Of a stretch of 64,000 nt of DNA, positions 25,120 through 39,000 are shown in pieces. The translations under genes were made by a program, and so were the position numbers. Position 1 is the stretch's first letter. Every line of letters begins with the position of its first letter. Below the pieces are notes generated by a model. That model made no database searches. It saw only the letters and a list, made by a program, of their open reading frames with translations, and was not told the origin of the DNA. Origin of the DNA: Gnetum montanum (lineage: Eukaryota; Plantae; Gnetophyta); NCBI GenBank assembly GCA_015680685.1, contig MNCI01002812.1, forward strand, positions 564,977 to 628,976. Reading direction: 5' to 3'.

Positions 25120-28100
25120 GTATTCTAATTGTACTTAGATTCTAGTTGTAAGGTGGGGCATATACTCGAGTCTTCAGTGAATGTATTAATGGTCTAGTAT
25201 AAAGATGAATATTCGTGATTATGTTTCTCATTGTTTAGTGTGCTAGCAAGTAAAGGAAAAGCATCATAGACCTATTGGTTCTTTGCATTTACATAATATA
25301 CCACTATGGAAGTGAGAGATCATGGGCATGGATTTTCTTATTGGTTTACCATGTACTTGAAGTTGACATGCTGCCATATATATTATGGTAGGATTTTTTT
25401 TTTGGCAAAATTGGCACATTTTCTTACTACTAGAGCTATGATTAGTGTAGAGGAGATAGCCTAGTTCTATATACCATAGATTGTTTAGTTGTATGGTGTT
25501 CCAAAGAAGATTATTAGTGATGGATATGTCCTATTTATTTTTATGATTTTGAAAAAAATTCCAAGTAGAGATGGAATACTAGTGAGGATTAGTTGCACAA
25601 GAGTATTAGTTTGATATTATGGACTACTAGGTAGATTCAAATGATCTAGGATAAGTTAAGAGTAACTTAGGATAGACTGGTAGCCTATGTCAATTAAAAT
25701 AGGAGACCATTGGAATTCATAGTTGGTGATCATGTGTTTCTCAAAGTGTCACCCCTAAGGGCTTGATGCAATTTGGTAGAAAGAAAAAGTTGGCACTTGG
25801 GTATGTAGGGCCATTTAAAATTTTAGAGAGGGTTGGTAGGATGCAATATAGATTAACTCTACCACTACAATTAGTAGGTGTTCATGATGTCTTTCATATG
25901 CCTATGCTGAGGAGATATGTGCTAGGTAAATAGTATGTTATTCCTTCAGTAAATATATAGTTGCCACTAGACACTACATACATTGAAAGGCCAATGTAGA
26001 TAGTGTACATGATGGTGTAGTAGTTCCATAGTAGGATAGTAGTTATGGTAAAGGTCCTGGAGGACAAACATAGACTTTAGAAGGTCACATAAGAGGTAAA
26101 GGTCAATATTCAAGCTGGGTATTTGGAGATTCTCAAGTGGGGGAGAGTGCAATCCCTCATGATAGGGTCTCATAGTATTATGGTACACTTGCCTATGTAT
26201 ACAACTAGTTGTGATTGGGCCCTATAGGCATGTTAGTTAGACATGATATTTTATGATATATTTTTTGAGATGTTATTGATATATGTCATGATTATGTTAT
26301 TACCATGATTTTGCAGTGATCTTCGTGGATGAGTTAGCTAGGTAGTTTTGGTTGGTAGGAGCAAGGTGTGGAGGACGTTATCAAGCATTAGACATGTATG
26401 CATATGACTTATGATGCTTGTTTTATGATTATGATGTCATCCATGTTAGAGTTATAGACTTTCTTGGCATGTTTCATTATGCATAAGTGATACTATAAGT
26501 ATGTTGTAAATATCATATGATGTTTATAGGTTCAATCAATATACCATTTGGATGTTTCATGAGTGAGATGCTTTATGTGAGTCATGTGGTATTAGTTAGG
26601 GACATGGGAAACTAAAGGGGACTTATGAAATTTAGTCACGATAAAAGTGAAATATAAAATAGATTAATAGGTTATAAATAAAAATATAAAACATGTTTCT
26701 TCCCTTCTCGATTGTTTTCTCTCAGATTCTGGAATTTCGCATTCCTCTCTATTCTCTTGCATTAATTGATCAATTTTAGTGGTTTCTGGGATGCTGGAAA
26801 GTCGGTTTTAGGTAGCCTTGATTCATGTTCTGGTGAATCTAGGCCATCGATTTCTTGTTTTTGGTCTTTAGATTATTATGCATGTTTGTGAACCCTCGTA
26901 GGTAGGATAGTTGAGTGTCATTGCAGTGTTTAGATTTGGTGTGATCATTTATGCATCATATTACCGATTGTATGGATCTGATATTGACAATGGATTCGGA
27001 TGGATCGTTGATTGTGGGTGTTGGGATTAGTATGGGAGCTATTCGGGGATTGCAGGATCCTCATTGCTGTTTCCAGGAGTATTCTTATATGTATAGCATA
27101 ATTAGGCAGGACATGGTGTTGATGTGTGGGGGCTATTTGGGTTACAGGTTGCACCGGGGTTACAACCTGATAGGGTTTAGGGTTTGGAAGACGTCAGTTG
27201 CGTCCTCACAATGCTGATATTTTTCATGAATTTTGCATAATTGTTAGGTCACGGTATCCTTGCAACACAATCATGGTTATGTTTTCTTTGGAAACGCGGG
27301 TTGCAACTAGGCCGTGCCCAAGTCGCATCAGTTTTTTGGGTCTTTTGGTGATTACGGGAAAGGAACAGCATGGTCACAGTGGCTTGTTTTTGGGACGTGA
27401 GTCACTGGCTACTCATGGCAATGTCGTAGTGAACATGAGGTTGAATTTTTCTCTCTGTTTGGGTGTTAGGGTGAGCTACAGTTGGCTAGTGGCTGACTTG
27501 CAGTTAGGATGCAAACCTGCTGCGAGCCATAGTGTGGTTGCCCTCTTTAAGAAAAAGGAGTAAGGCGAGTTGCACTTGGATATTTGTAGGTATGAAAAAT
27601 AGAATGAACGATGCCAAGATTGTAAATTGAGGAAATATAATTGGCAAGACCTTAAACTAGGTCAGTGAGAAAACATAACGATTAGGGTGCTTGTTTGTTT
27701 ACTTGCTAAGTGTTGAATGATTTGTTGGTTGTTTGGCTAAGTCAAGTTGGATGTGGTCTTAAGTGTGCATGATTGATATTCTTGATTGATTGGGTGAGTG
27801 TATGTGAGATGCTATCTTGCTTGGTATGACTAGTCATGTTATAGGTTGCTCATGATACCCCACACCTCTCCTTTGGCATAACATTTAACTTTTGCATCCA
27901 TAAGGAACATGTAAAGGTGCTCACTCAATCTTGTATTGATCCTCATTTTATGCAAATGATGGAGCTAGGAGCAATGGAGATCAAAAAGCTTGAGGGAGGT
28001 AATGATGACATACTTCTAGTGTTTATATATGTCTTTATGAGATTTTTCATGAAAGAGATGGACCATTTTGCAACCTTTAAGCTTTAGTATTCTTGTACAA

Positions 28101-28411
28101 TGTATATGATGTATATGTATGCTTAAGTCTGTGGGTTGATTGTTTAGCTAGTTAAACTTGTTTATGCATATGGACAGTTATGCCAGTATGTTGTAGAGGG
28201 GATGGTTTATATATTCTTATATAGTAATGTTGATGTTGGGTGTATTTATATGCTTCCCATATTGTTCTATTCTAGCTATATGAGCATTTCTATGAAGTGA
28301 TTTTATAAGTTCCTGTTGTGTTGATTTGATTTGTTTGATTAATATTGCACTTCATCTTTGATGATACTTTAGATTTTACTCTTCACCTAAGCTTGACTTC
28401 AATAGGATGCA
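25120..28411 (+). mobile_element. Second Tekay-like 3' half (deleted integrase, PPT, LTR 26148-~28411), inverted relative to the first
   Basis: MDFLIGLP ~25330, YVGPFKIL ~25800, PPT GTGGGGGAGAG then TGCAAT at 26148. LTR start and end resemble the reverse complement of 22820 and 13168-13200. Confidence 0.72.
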
Positions 28412-30043
28412 TGGTGTGTTAAAATGATCTAGTGTAGAATTCTTTTTCCTAAATCCTACTTGTGAAACTATACTAAATTACTTCATTTTATCCAGGATCA
28501 TAATTTTTTCTTTCTAATGGTACTTAAAAATTTTACAAATAAGTTACTATCATGATCAATTTGCAATTATTTAAATATGAAATAAAATAAAATGAAGCTT
28601 TATTACATATGAGGATCCATAGGATCTATTGAATAGATATTGCATTTTCATGAAAGTAAAGATTGACTCTATAAATTGACCAAGTACCAATGAGGGCATC
28701 AAAAACAAATCATATAGGTTTTTGGCTGTAACATTATAACATTGTCTCAATAAGTACTCACAATACAAGAAATAAACACATATAGCTCATCTTCAAGGGC
28801 TTCTAATCTTCACAACTTACAAATGTACTCTTCTCAGGGGAATTGAATCAATCTTTCACTTTCAATTCTAAGATGATGAGAACTTAAGTGAAACTTGTTG
28901 ATAACATACTTGATTGGAATAAAAGCTAAGTGATAGTGAGTTTCTATATGAAGTTTATTAGATCTAATTTGATGTAAATAAAATTATCTCTTACCTTTCA
29001 CATTATATCACATCTGTGTTAAAACCTTTTGCTTGACTAGTTGGCGAATATACTTGGGATTTTGCTACACGTCCTTTTAAGAGAGATTCCATTTTCTCAA
29101 CTATTGCATCCCCTGAAGATACCAACCATAGACTCACAAATCCTCAATAACTACTTTAGAATATTTTTCTTGGCTTGAGATCTCCAAGCTCTGAGTGTAT
29201 GTAATGGATTAACACAAAGCTTCTATTTCTAAAAGTAATAAATCACATTCACATAATAACATTGAGTTAGGTGTTTTCATCTTTACCTTTAACTCACTGA
29301 GAAGAAAATCTTTCTACACTCTTTTAATATCTTTCCAAAGTTTAGCACTAAGTTCAAGTCCCTAAACAATACATGCATACAATATAGTAGGATAGATGAT
29401 AGTCTAAAAATTTAATTTCTGACCTTCTAAGCTTAGAGTCGTAAATTCTTACACTTATTTTTTAAAGTGTACAGAGCCTTGAAACCTCTTACTATTTTTT
29501 CTTTGATGCACTTCCTCCACATGTAATTGTTCATATAAATGATATCCAACTCTTTAAAATAATCTACTATTTGCACATTGGTACCTCCAAGATGGAAGTT
29601 ATAATAGGCATTTCTTATACCCTGGTTCATCAACTTGGTTTTATCTACATTCACTTGAAGACTAGATGAATGACAATAATTTTCTAAAATTTGCAACATA
29701 TTTTTCATACCTTCTACAATAGTGAAGATCAACACAACATCAATTGCATATAAAAGAAGATTCATTACTTGAGATTCAATTTTGATAGCATGACTATCTT
29801 GCCCGTTGTACAACTATTCTTACATTTCATCAATAAAGATACTAAAGAGAGTTGGAGAAAGTAGACAACCTTGCTTAACTCTAATTTTTCTATGGAATTA
29901 AAGATTTTTCTCTAAATTTTTGTATGTAATTTTAATAATCACTTGCTCAAATAATCTCTAAGTTGTTGTAAACAAATCTGAAGGGAGGCCAATTTTATGC
30001 AAGTGTAACCATAGTTTTGTATGGATCATTGAATCATATAAAT

Positions 30044-33000
30044 TGATGAATCATTGTTGGGTTGTATCAAAGGCATGTGTCAACACATCCCCATTGATGC
30101 ATGTTTTGATGCGTCAATGCATATACGTTGATGTGGTGTCTAGACTTGCCTATATAAATGTGTGTACCCACCACATTTATGGCATTTGTTAGTCAATAGC
30201 TTAACAAAGTTCTTGCAGTTTCTTTTTGTAGAAGTTAGAATATTTTCTAAATGCCGCAATAGGAGTCAAGGATTGTATAGATCATTATTCAAGCATCAAT
30301 GTACCTAGACACATTATTGTGACAACAATAAAGACAAGATTTTTGATAAACCTTGCACACTTACAAATAGATTAATGTTTACTTTTATGCAATTTACTAT
30401 TCATGCATTTTACTTCCATGTTTCTAGTTAATTAGTTAAACACACTTAATTACACACATAAGCATGACCATCTCGAGCATAACGTTAATGATTGGTAATC
30501 CCATCAGTGCTATCACTTGGTAACCTAGTAGCGTCATAACGTGTTTAGGATGTATACAAAAAGTGGGATTGAATACTTATGCTAGGAAGTAGGCTAAGAC
30601 ATTAGTTAGTTACTTAGATTAATACTTCATCAATTATTTTTTTCCACACTTATGATAATTAGACATAAAATATAAAAATAATACAAATCATGTGCCTTGG
30701 CTTCACTTAACCATATGCTTACAATTACAAAAGTGTAGCCAGGAAGACAATGATCGCATCCTTAAGTCACTATCTTTGCTACTGGCATTCAGTGAGCTAA
30801 AGTCCATGAAATTTGACTGGATTGCTAGTAAATGCTTGTGCTTCATATGGTTGGGTGTAGGGTCTACTCTACTGCTCATCATTGGCGTTGTTGCTAGGGA
30901 CTTTAGTTAGCTAAGTGTGCTATTTAGGGAGATAGTGAAATTATTCATAGATGTTGTAAAAAAGAAACTTAATGTTAACATCACTAAGCCCAAGAAAATA
31001 ATAACAACACACCATTTTTCTCAATCACTAAAATGGTTTCCTCTCACAGGGAAAACTCTTCACCATTCTTTATAAGCGATTCCAATCAACAAAGGCAAGA
31101 GGGCCATAAGATGCCAATGCCCCAATAATTTAGGGTGGTCTATACTCATTCAAATGACTATACTTCAAACTTCACCTTCATCCTGCATCAAGATGAGCAA
31201 CTACAGTGGAGGGATATGGAAGGAAACATTGTGTCACCTCTCGACTAATCTATTCCTGCAATGCTCTTGAAAAATTTTATCAAGTTGGTTATTATAGGAC
31301 TAAATTCCAAGTATGAAGTGCAAGATCATGCCTACTAGGATTATCATCCCACAAAGGCATAGAAAAGGTAAGATCGGCAAATGGAGGCCTCGTACAAGGC
31401 CACAAAAGGCAAACGGGGCCCTACCCACTTGTTCCTGCAAACTCATAACAAAAGGATAGGACTTCTTTTTAGAGAACTCTCAATACATAGATTCTCTTCC
31501 TCTCTTTGATGAGGAAATCCTTAACTGGTGATTGCAGTTTACTATGGACAACCCTAGTTTTGGGAAGAATAGATCCTAGGATCAAGGGACCTCAAATGGG
31601 ATCAGCCAAGGTAGGAATGAGGATAGCAACTAAGATAAGGATAAACATGATGATCGTGGTAGGGACCAAAGAAGAGGAAGTAGTAGGCATCACACTAGTG
31701 CTAGCTCCCCTTTCTCTTCACTTTCTTCATCCTCATCATCCTCCTCCTCCAACTCTAATTAGAGCCATAGAGGTGATAAGAATTGTGATGGATGTGAATA
31801 GGGCATCTAGATGATCACAGGTCCCACCGTAATGACAAAGACTGTGCACATGAGAAGCGAGGAGATGATCATTCAAGAGAAAGAAGGGATAATAGGTTTC
31901 ATCACAGGCATAATGGCCATGAAAGGGATCACTAAGATCACTATGACTATGAAGAGCCCCTTTTGGAAATAAGAAACATGCTAAACATTACAGAGGCTAT
32001 AAGGATTCCAAATAGGCATGCGCAAGCCAGTCGAATCAAATAGTTGGATATGAATAATATTCCCAAGTTTAAAGGGGGGTATAATTCAGATCCCTGAAAT
32101 CACTTGCAAGCCTTTCTTGATGCTTATGCCTTGTAGAACATTGAAAATGACTGGAAAAAGCTGAAACTATTTCCCAGGACACACATCAAGGAAGAAGAAA
32201 GTTGGTGTTGGTCCTTGGAATTGGAATCTATTCAGAGATGGAGTACGATGCTTGAACTATTTAATGACAAGTATCAAACGTACTCCTGAGTATCTACCAT
32301 GAGAAGGAAAATTCAAGGATAGAGACAGGCACTCATGAATCCTTGGATGTGACCATGGGTAGGTACTACTACTTGTTGCACCAATGCCCATGCCATGGCT
32401 ATTCTCAAAGAGATCAACTACACCACATCATAGATGGGCTTTGAACTGAAATAAGGAGAACTCTTGGGATCTATGCCCAAGGGAGATTGTCAAAGCTAAA
32501 GGTCCATCAGATCCAAAGGCTCATTGGGTAGATAGCTAAGAAAGAGGATGAGCTAAAAAAATGAAAAAGTGCAAAAGAGTATAATAAGGATCCCTCTCTC
32601 TGCAAGAGAAAGGTTTGGTTCTATGAAAATGAGGAGGAGGAACCACTTGATGAAGTGGAGTAGAGGAAAACCTTGTTGATACAAAAGTATGTTTTTGAAA
32701 TGTTGGCTAAGATTGATAAAATGTGGGATTCCTTGGATAAAAAATTTCAAACTTCTCTAAGAATTGTTGAGGAGACTAGATACCAAGGAGGTAGTGGTCA
32801 TGACAGAAGAAAGGAGGAGGTTGAATGTGATCATTATAAGGCTAAGAGCAAAGTTGCAATAGTTGAGGAGGTTGTAGATTCCAAGTATGACATACACTAA
32901 TATGAACATCCTAAGGGATGTTGCCCTGTTGTGTCACACTTGAAGGAATCTGGGGTGTATGATTTAAATCCTAAACTAGCAAGATGACAAGCTCCTAGAA

Positions 33001-36000
33001 GGTTACCTTATTCACAAGGCAAGTATTAGTAGCAGTTTCACCATTAAACATACTATCCAAGTGGAGCACCACCACAACCTCATGACCAATATCAATAGTT
33101 GCAATACCCATAGTTTTGGGAGATGCCACCTTCAAGGTAGCAGTGCCCTTATCACCAACTAGATCCTTATGGGTACTATGTTCAGTAGCCCATTTTTCCA
33201 TGTGACTCTTCTAGTCATGGTTCCTTCCAACACCACTACTACCCTCTTAAATATTATAGAGCACCATCACCAAGGGGGGAGTCTCCATTTCCTTACTTTT
33301 CTTCTCCTCATCTTTTCACTCTCGCACCTTCATCTATAATCCCTCCATGCAAGGAGAAATACTAGCCTAGCTACAACAAAGAAATGCCATGAGGGTTGTA
33401 AACTTACAATCAACCCCTTTGTCAAGTGGTTCTGATACTAAGCCATGCAAAAGACCTTTCTTCAAAATCAATAGGTCCATGAAGCCCTCACATACACCTG
33501 TGGTTGTGAACCCTACTTCTACCTCCTTTGCAACATCCATCGAGCCTTCTTTAAACCAAAACACTTGCCATCTACATACTGTCATGCTGATCCACATGGT
33601 CATTAATTAGATAAAGGTTGGCCATCTTCCTAGGAAGAGATTTGATCCTAGAAGTCCCTTTATCTATTTACAGATTGTTGGAAATAAACATTGCAAAGCT
33701 CTTTTGGACTCATGTTTTGGAGTCACTTTGATTTCATAAGAGATGTATGAAGCCTAGAACCTACCTCCTTTAAAAAAGAGCAATGTAAGACTAGATTTGG
33801 TAGACTAATCCATCACTACCCCTTTGTGATTGGTTGAGGACATCATGACCATCATTTGTGGATGGTCATATCCTATCAATTTCTTGGTGATCCACATGGA
33901 GAATGCTAAGAGGGACTTCCCAATCATCATGGGAAGAGTGTGGCTGAGTACACTTGATGCATAATTGGGGATTCAAGATCTCTCCTTAGAGATTTACAAG
34001 GAGAATAAGTTTAGAAAGATTGAGAAAAGGTATGTTCGATGTATCGCGTATAGTGACACAGGGTGCCACTATGTGCAAAGATGATGGATTGTCAAGACCA
34101 CATACCTTAAAGCATGTAGTCATTGTGCTGATGTTGTTGAAATTCAAAGGTGCTTGTACACTATAGCCACTAAATAGGAGGACACCTAGTTGCTAATAAT
34201 AGACAAAGAGGCTGAATCATCAATGTGCATGAAACTAGTCAAGATCCTTAGCAGCTCTTACATGGAAATCAATGTGCATGGATCAACTGGAGCAAATCCA
34301 TTGCCAACTCTCTGATGAACAAGGAGAAATCAATTGGGGAAAGTTGGAGATCCCAGAAACATTCAAGCAGGAGCCCCTTGAGTTAAAGGTTCTATTGGTA
34401 GGTATGCAATATGCATTTTTAAACAATGACAAGTTGGTTATCATCAATGCCATGCTTGCTCCTGAACAAAAAAAGAAGCTATTGGGAGTTATCAACAAAT
34501 GAACAATAGCCTTTTCCTAGTAATATCATGAGCTCATTGGAATTGATCCAAGGATATGCCAATACAAAATCTATACAAATTCCTCCATTAAATTGACAAG
34601 GCAATTACAAAGATGCTTGAACCCTAAGCTCAAGTAGATTGTCAAGAAAAAGATCGAACAACTCCTCAAGGTAGGGCTCATTTATCCCATTATGGATAGG
34701 GAGTGGATTAGTCCACTTGTTATAGGACCAAAAAAAGAGGGCAAGTGGAGGGTCTATATTGATTTTAGGCTGTTGAACATGGCAACTTACAAAGATCACT
34801 TTCTATTGCCATTTGTGGAACAAGTATCAGACACAATAGCAGGGCATTGCTATTACATATTTTTGTATGGTTATAGTGGCTATAACCAAATCCAAATTAC
34901 ACTGGAGGACCAGGACAAAACAACATTCATAAGTCCTTAGGGGAATTTTGCATACAGGAGAATGCCCTTTGGCCTATGCAATGCCCCTGCTACTTTTCAA
35001 CATTTGGTCCTTAGCATATTCCAATAACAAATTAGTAGCAGGGTGAAAGTCTTCATGGATGACTTTTCCACCTACAAGGCTACTTTTGAGCAAGCCTTGG
35101 ATTGTCTAGAGTAAGTGCTTCAAAGATGTGTGGAGATCAATTTGATGCTCAATTGGCAAAAGAGCCATCTGATGGTCCAAGAAGGCATTGTCTTAGGGCA
35201 CTGAATTTCTAGCAAAGGGATCAAGGTAGATCCAAAATAGATAAGGGTCATCCAAGGAATCACCAGATAGTTTGAAATAGTTAAAGATGTGAGGTCATTC
35301 CTTGGACACATAGGTTACTATAAGTACTTCATATAAAACTTCTTGAAGATCAGCAAACCATTGGTGGAGCTAATAATGAAAGATGCAGTTTTTGTCTAGA
35401 CCAAGGAATACAAGCATGAATTCCATCAACTTAAATTGAATCTCATTGAAACTCCCATTCTACAAGCACTAGACTAGTTCAAACTATCTCATATCATGAC
35501 AGATGCATTTAACTATGCCTTAGGAGCCATGCTTACATAGTTGGATGATCAAAAATGTCCATATTACATCCATTGTGCAAGCAGGAGCATTGTGTGTGCA
35601 TAGCTAAATTACACCACCAATGAAAAATAACTCATGATAGTGGTGTATGCTTTGGAGAAATTTAGGCACTATGTGCTTGGATATAAGGTGTTTATGCACA
35701 ATGATCACAATGCTATTAAGTTCCTTATGAACAAAGACATGGTAAGCCGCATGTCATACGATGGCTAGTGATCTTGCAAGAGTTTGATCTAATGATGGTG
35801 AATAGAAAGGGAACTAAGAATGTGATTACTAACCACTTATCTTAGTTACAATGGAATAACAAGAAGGAGGAGAGCTCATTATTAGACTAATTTCCTAACG
35901 AATTGCTCTTTGCTAGTGCTGTTACTAAACAAGACCCTAAAGAAATCAATTGGCATGAGAACATCCTATCCTATCCACTCACTAAGAAGATGCCATAGGG

Positions 36001-39000
36001 ATGAAACTACAATAAGAAATAGCAGTTTCTTCACCAGGACAAACACTTCATGGAGATCAATGGTAACTTTTAAAAGGTTTGCATGAATGGCCTCGTATGA
36101 TGGTATACCCTTGATGCAGATCAATTGTGAGTCCTCCAAGATGCACATGAGGGTCCTTGTGGGGGCCACTATTCTAGGAGGTGAACAATCATTAAGATCC
36201 TCATGACATGGTACTATTGGCCTACACTCTTTAGGGATGTCCATCACTTCGTCCATTCCTGTGATAAATGTTAACATGATGGGAAGGGGGGAGGATGACT
36301 ACTCATATAGAAGGATCCCAATAGTGGATTCAACCAACCTTTCAATCTTTAGGGAATTGACTTTGTGGGGTCCATAAACCCCATGTCCAATGGGAAGCCA
36401 TACATCATTGTAGTTGTTGACTATTGCATGAAATGAGTAGAAGTTGCATCCGTCACAGATGATATGTCATCTACGACAACCCAGTTTGTACAAAAATATG
36501 TTGTAAACAGGTTTGGGATGCCACATGCACTTATTTATAACAACAATACCCATTTTATAGGTGTCGCTTTTTGTAGACTCGTGTAGTGCTTGGGGGTTGA
36601 GCATAAATTGACAACTCCATACCACCCCCAAGAAAATGGTCAGGTCGAGGTCACTAATAGGAAGATTACTAAAATATTAATGAGAAAAGTTAGAAAATAT
36701 TTAAGGAACTAGAGCTCTAAAATCAATGATGCCCTTTGGGCTTATCATTCAACTTGGAAACTTCCTATAGGACGCTCTCCCTATGAGCTCGTGTATGAAA
36801 AGTTGCCAACACTCTCAATTGCATGTAACCTAGACTTGGAACTAGGCTTAGCACAAAAAGAAAGATTGATGAATCTCAACATGCTAGATGAAAATCAATT
36901 AGTGGGCTTGTCATCCAATGAAGTGTAGAAGGCATATAACAAACAATGCCATGATCTTAGGATTAGGAAAGTTAAATTTCAACCAGGCAATAAGGTGTTC
37001 TACTCAAACCCATGCATGATCCTCATTGAACAAAATTCCAGATGCTATGGGAGGGCCCTTACATTATCGATGAAACCTTTTCATCTAGGGCCATGTTGAT
37101 TTACCACCTTGACAATGCAAATAATAAATTATTAGTCAATACTAAACAAATAAAGCCTTTCCATGAACATTGAGTAACCAGTGGACATAATGCCTCAACA
37201 GATGAACAAGCATGCTTGATCTTTTAGATCTCCCCCTTCCAACTTGGTCATGGAGGAGATGGCCATCCATGCTGAGATTCAACAACGTGGCTCCTCAATT
37301 TTTAACCTTTTTGTTTTACATCATTTTTACACCAGTTTTAGTACATTTTCCATTTTCTTGGACATTTTAAAATTTTTTCTATATTTTTATTTATTTGAAT
37401 CTTCCTTACGTTCTTCATTTTTCTTTATTGCCATTAGGACTTGGTGCCAACAATAGTTACTCATTGCTGGTGGTTTGAACTTTATTAATTACTTGATTAC
37501 AAATGGTCATATTTCATTTTAGAATTTTGACATTTACTAATGGGACATTGATTCTTTTCATGTTAACAGGTAGTGAGTCTACGTTATCCATCACTCCACT
37601 CAACCCTATGGTGTTTCCTCTTTTTGAAAATATGAAGTTCCTTCCTAATAAAAACTTATAACAAATTTGTGACCTTTGTACTTTCCAAACTCAAGACAAA
37701 TTAAGTGGATTGTCAAGGATGTAACTTCAAATAGATTTGTCACTTTTGTACTTGCCTACCATATGATTTACATAAGTGTTTCCATGGGTTTTTCACCATT
37801 CCATTGTAGATTAATAAATAGGAGGCAATGTCATTGCATGGTGTGGTTTCCATTCAAAAAAAAAACAATAATGATGGGAATTCAAAGCACATCCCTTAGA
37901 CATAATAATGGGCTACAAGAATTAGTTATGGGGTTGGAAAGACATGTTACCAATGCCTGAGGACACCTCTCTAACTAAGGCCCTTTCCACTTCCTGCTTC
38001 TCTTTTCTTCTTCTTTAGGAATGGTGAGTGTTCTATGGGGATGTTCCTGTAGCTTTTGGGGTGGAATGGTCTAAGGTACTGATGTGAAGTTGCTGGAAGT
38101 GGATGGTTTTGATTTGGACTAAGCAAGGAAGTTCTCAAGTCATAATTAATCACATCTTCTATAAGGTACTTCATGTGACCATCATGGGGAACTCCATTTC
38201 ATACTCTCTCTCATTCACCAATTCTTTCCATAAACCACCTCACTACCTCTTGTCATGATTGTTTTAGTGGATTCATTTAGAAAATAGTTAAAATTCTTTG
38301 ATGACTTCTTTGGTGATTTGGTCTTTAACGATCCATGACCATTAATCAACCTTGGGCCCCACAGACTTCTTGGTTTTAGGACATGCAATGGCATTAAGGA
38401 CATGAGCCTGCTATGGGAAGGATCCACTTGCATACTCCTTGGTTGTTATGGTTAAATTTCTTATTCCTGAGTCATTTTGCTCTCAAATCTTACATTTTCC
38501 ACTGGGAAGCATCTAGTTTTTTCCCTCCTTGGCACATTAATCTCTTGAAAATCTCCATTTTGCATGTATTCTAAGCCCTCTTCAAGCATTTCCAATCATT
38601 CTAGGCTTTTCTAGCTTCCTCTAGACTCCAATTTTATGGAAAAAAATCTATGTTTTTACTTAGGTTTTAAATGGCAAAAATTTTGGGTCTTAGCTGTGTC
38701 AATGCATCCCCATTAACACAACACAAAAATACTAGATATATGTGTTGACACTTAGCCAATTTTTGCCATTTACTTCTAAATGCCCAAGGAGTTTTTGCAG
38801 TTTTTAGAGCCTAGAGCCTTACCAAGCCCATAATGTTCGAACCCCTTATTCAAATCACTTCGTTCTTTAACACTATAGCTATTGGAGGTGAGCTTTACAT
38901 TGTGGGGGCCACAAAAGATAGGTTTTTAACAAAAATTTTTTCAAAATTTGTCTAACTCCTACAAGGTTTAACTAATAAAATAACATTAAAAATCACTACT

